Below, in pieces: positions 62,301 to 64,000 of a stretch of 64,000 bases of DNA. Below the pieces are notes generated by a model. The model did not search any database, had not been told where the DNA came from, and saw nothing but the letters and a program-made list of their open reading frames with translations. Source of the DNA: Eledone cirrhosa (Eukaryota); assembly GCA_964016885.1 (NCBI GenBank), contig OZ024765.1, positions 5,642,001 to 5,706,000 of the forward strand, written 5' to 3'. A program made the translations under genes and the position numbers. Every line of letters begins with the position of its first letter. Positions within the stretch are counted from its first letter, which is position 1.

Positions 62301-62819
62301 AAGAAGCCATGTCACTAAAAAGACACATTATAACAGAGAATGTTGATGTTACAATCAAGCATTTTGTGTCAAGACATTACAGCATTACCTCAAGTGATAG
62401 AGGCTTCGTCAATTATACACTACAACAGGGAATGTTCGTATTACACCCCCACCCCAAACATTTCTGAGACAAGTCACAGCATTACATCAGGTGATAGGAG
62501 GTCCCCCAATTACACATTATAACAAAATAGTGTTGGCAAAAGGAAAAGAAAGATGAAATTTCTTGCATAGATTAAAAATAAGTTTAAGAAGTCAAGAGAT
62601 ATGAACAAGAATTTAATTCCAGTTAAAAACATAATTTCAAAAGTGGCAAGCAATGCTTGGAGTCTGTAAATACCAAGGGTTCCTTCCTGAGGTTGGTAGA
62701 CAATATGTTTATATTTGTCAGAGGAAGGGTGTCTCACATTTCAGTTAAAATTCTTTCCCTTAAATGTATGTCTGTGTTTATTTAAGTTACCTTCAGAGAA
62801 AAAAGATTTCCCACATATT

Positions 62820-63707
62820 TCACAGTAATAGAGTTTCTCTCCAGTGTGTTCTTTTGTGTTGAGTCAAATTACTGCGACTGATAAAATATTTCCCACATAT
62901 TTCACAGTGATAGGGTCTTTCTTCAGTGTGTGTTCTTTTATGTACAGTTAAATAACTGCTTGTTACAAAAGATTTCCCACAAATTTCACAATCGAAGGGC
63001 TTTTCTCCAGTGTGTGTTCTTTTGTGAACAGTTAAATTACTGTTATAAGAAAAAGATTTCCCACATATTTCACAGTGATACAGTTTCTCTCCAGTGTGTG
63101 TTCTTGTGTGAATGAGAAGTTCAGCATTTTCTGCAAACGCTTTCCCACATATATCACAGTGAAATGGTTTTTCTCCCGTGTGAGTACGTATATGTCTAAT
63201 AAGATGGCAATTCAATGTAAAAGTTTTCCCACATATATCACAGCGGAAAGGTTTTTCTCCAGTATGAGTACGTATATGTCTAACAAGATTAGTATTCCAA
63301 GCGAAAGATTTCTCACAAATTTCACAACTGAAGGGTTTTTTCCCGCTGTGTATTCTCTTATGAACGAGAAGATGAGCATTCTGAGTGAAAGATTTCCCAC
63401 ATACTTCACAACGAGAGGGTTTCTCTCCAGTGTGTGTTCTTTTATGTACAGTCAAATCTCTGTTATAAGGAAACGATTTCCCACATATTTCACAACGACA
63501 GGGTTTATCTTTAGTGTGTTTGTGTGTGGATAATCCATCTTCTGATGAGAAAGTTTTCCTACAAATCTCACAGCTATATTCGGGAATATTTCTGTGTAAT
63601 GATCCTTGTTCTGTACATGTTTCACTTGGTAAAGGTTTCTCACCACTGTATGTCTGTGTAACTGTATCTATATTGGTAGAAATGTCCAAGTGTTTAACGT
63701 CCTCCAT
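62820..63707 (-). CDS. C2H2 zinc-finger protein, 8 intact fingers; terminal frameshift removes a further finger
   Basis: Paralog with [11 protein letters not shown]-terminus; ends [12 protein letters not shown]. Confidence 0.83.
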   Translation of the reverse strand: MEDVKHLDISTNIDTVTQTYSGEKPLPSETCTEQGSLHRNIPEYSCEICRKTFSSEDGLSTHKHTKDKPCRCEICGKSFPYNRDLTVHKRTHTGEKPSRCEVCGKSFTQNAHLLVHKRIHSGKKPFSCEICEKSFAWNTNLVRHIRTHTGEKPFRCDICGKTFTLNCHLIRHIRTHTGEKPFHCDICGKAFAENAELLIHTRTHTGEKLYHCEICGKSFSYNSNLTVHKRTHTGEKPFDCEICGKSFVTSSYLTVHKRTHTEERPYHCEICGKYFISRSNLTQHKRTHWRETLLL

Positions 63708-64000
63708 AGTAATCCTTGAAGAATTCTTAGAAATTAAGAAGATATATGACTGTGTGAGACTGAGAGTGGAGTAAGAAAATGTTTGTATTTATATTTTTGT
63801 ATGTATATATATATATATATAATGTGTGTGTGTGTGTGTTTTAATAAGTACAAAAAATATCTGCTGTGTTGATAATACAAATAATGCGATAGATATCTTT
63901 GTATATGTTAGTCTCAATGAATAAGTGTGAGTGTATCTATAAATATGTACCTAATAAATCGTAATTTTTCACAACGGAGTGTAGAAAAGTACACAATATC

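Overview
AT-rich, repeat-dense eukaryotic DNA. The repeat content and C2H2 gene style suggest a coleoid cephalopod such as Octopus; this is an inference, not a database match. Bases ~2.3-41.7 kb hold a plus-strand NFX1-like gene. I traced 22 coding exons by GT-AG boundaries with consistent phase (3897 nt, ~1298 aa): a PAM2-like motif and long low-complexity N-terminus, a C4HC3 RING, NF-X1 zinc fingers, an R3H domain and a C-terminal IDYFD. Bases ~47-64 kb hold three paralogous C2H2 zinc-finger ORFs. Introns and intergenic DNA carry a near full-length RTE LINE (one frameshift, PHD-like finger after the RT), many RTE fragments, two tRNA-derived SINE types, Helitron-like elements, MITEs, a Penelope-like GIY-YIG fragment and a CRE-like fragment. 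Three observations stand out. First, there are at least six dispersed minimal type-I hammerhead ribozyme motifs, two of them sense within NFX1 introns. Second, several large minisatellites are built from pieces of SINE or LINE sequence. Third, two tandem arrays begin at NFX1 exon ends and copy the splice donor. The long ORFs over tandem arrays are artefacts.
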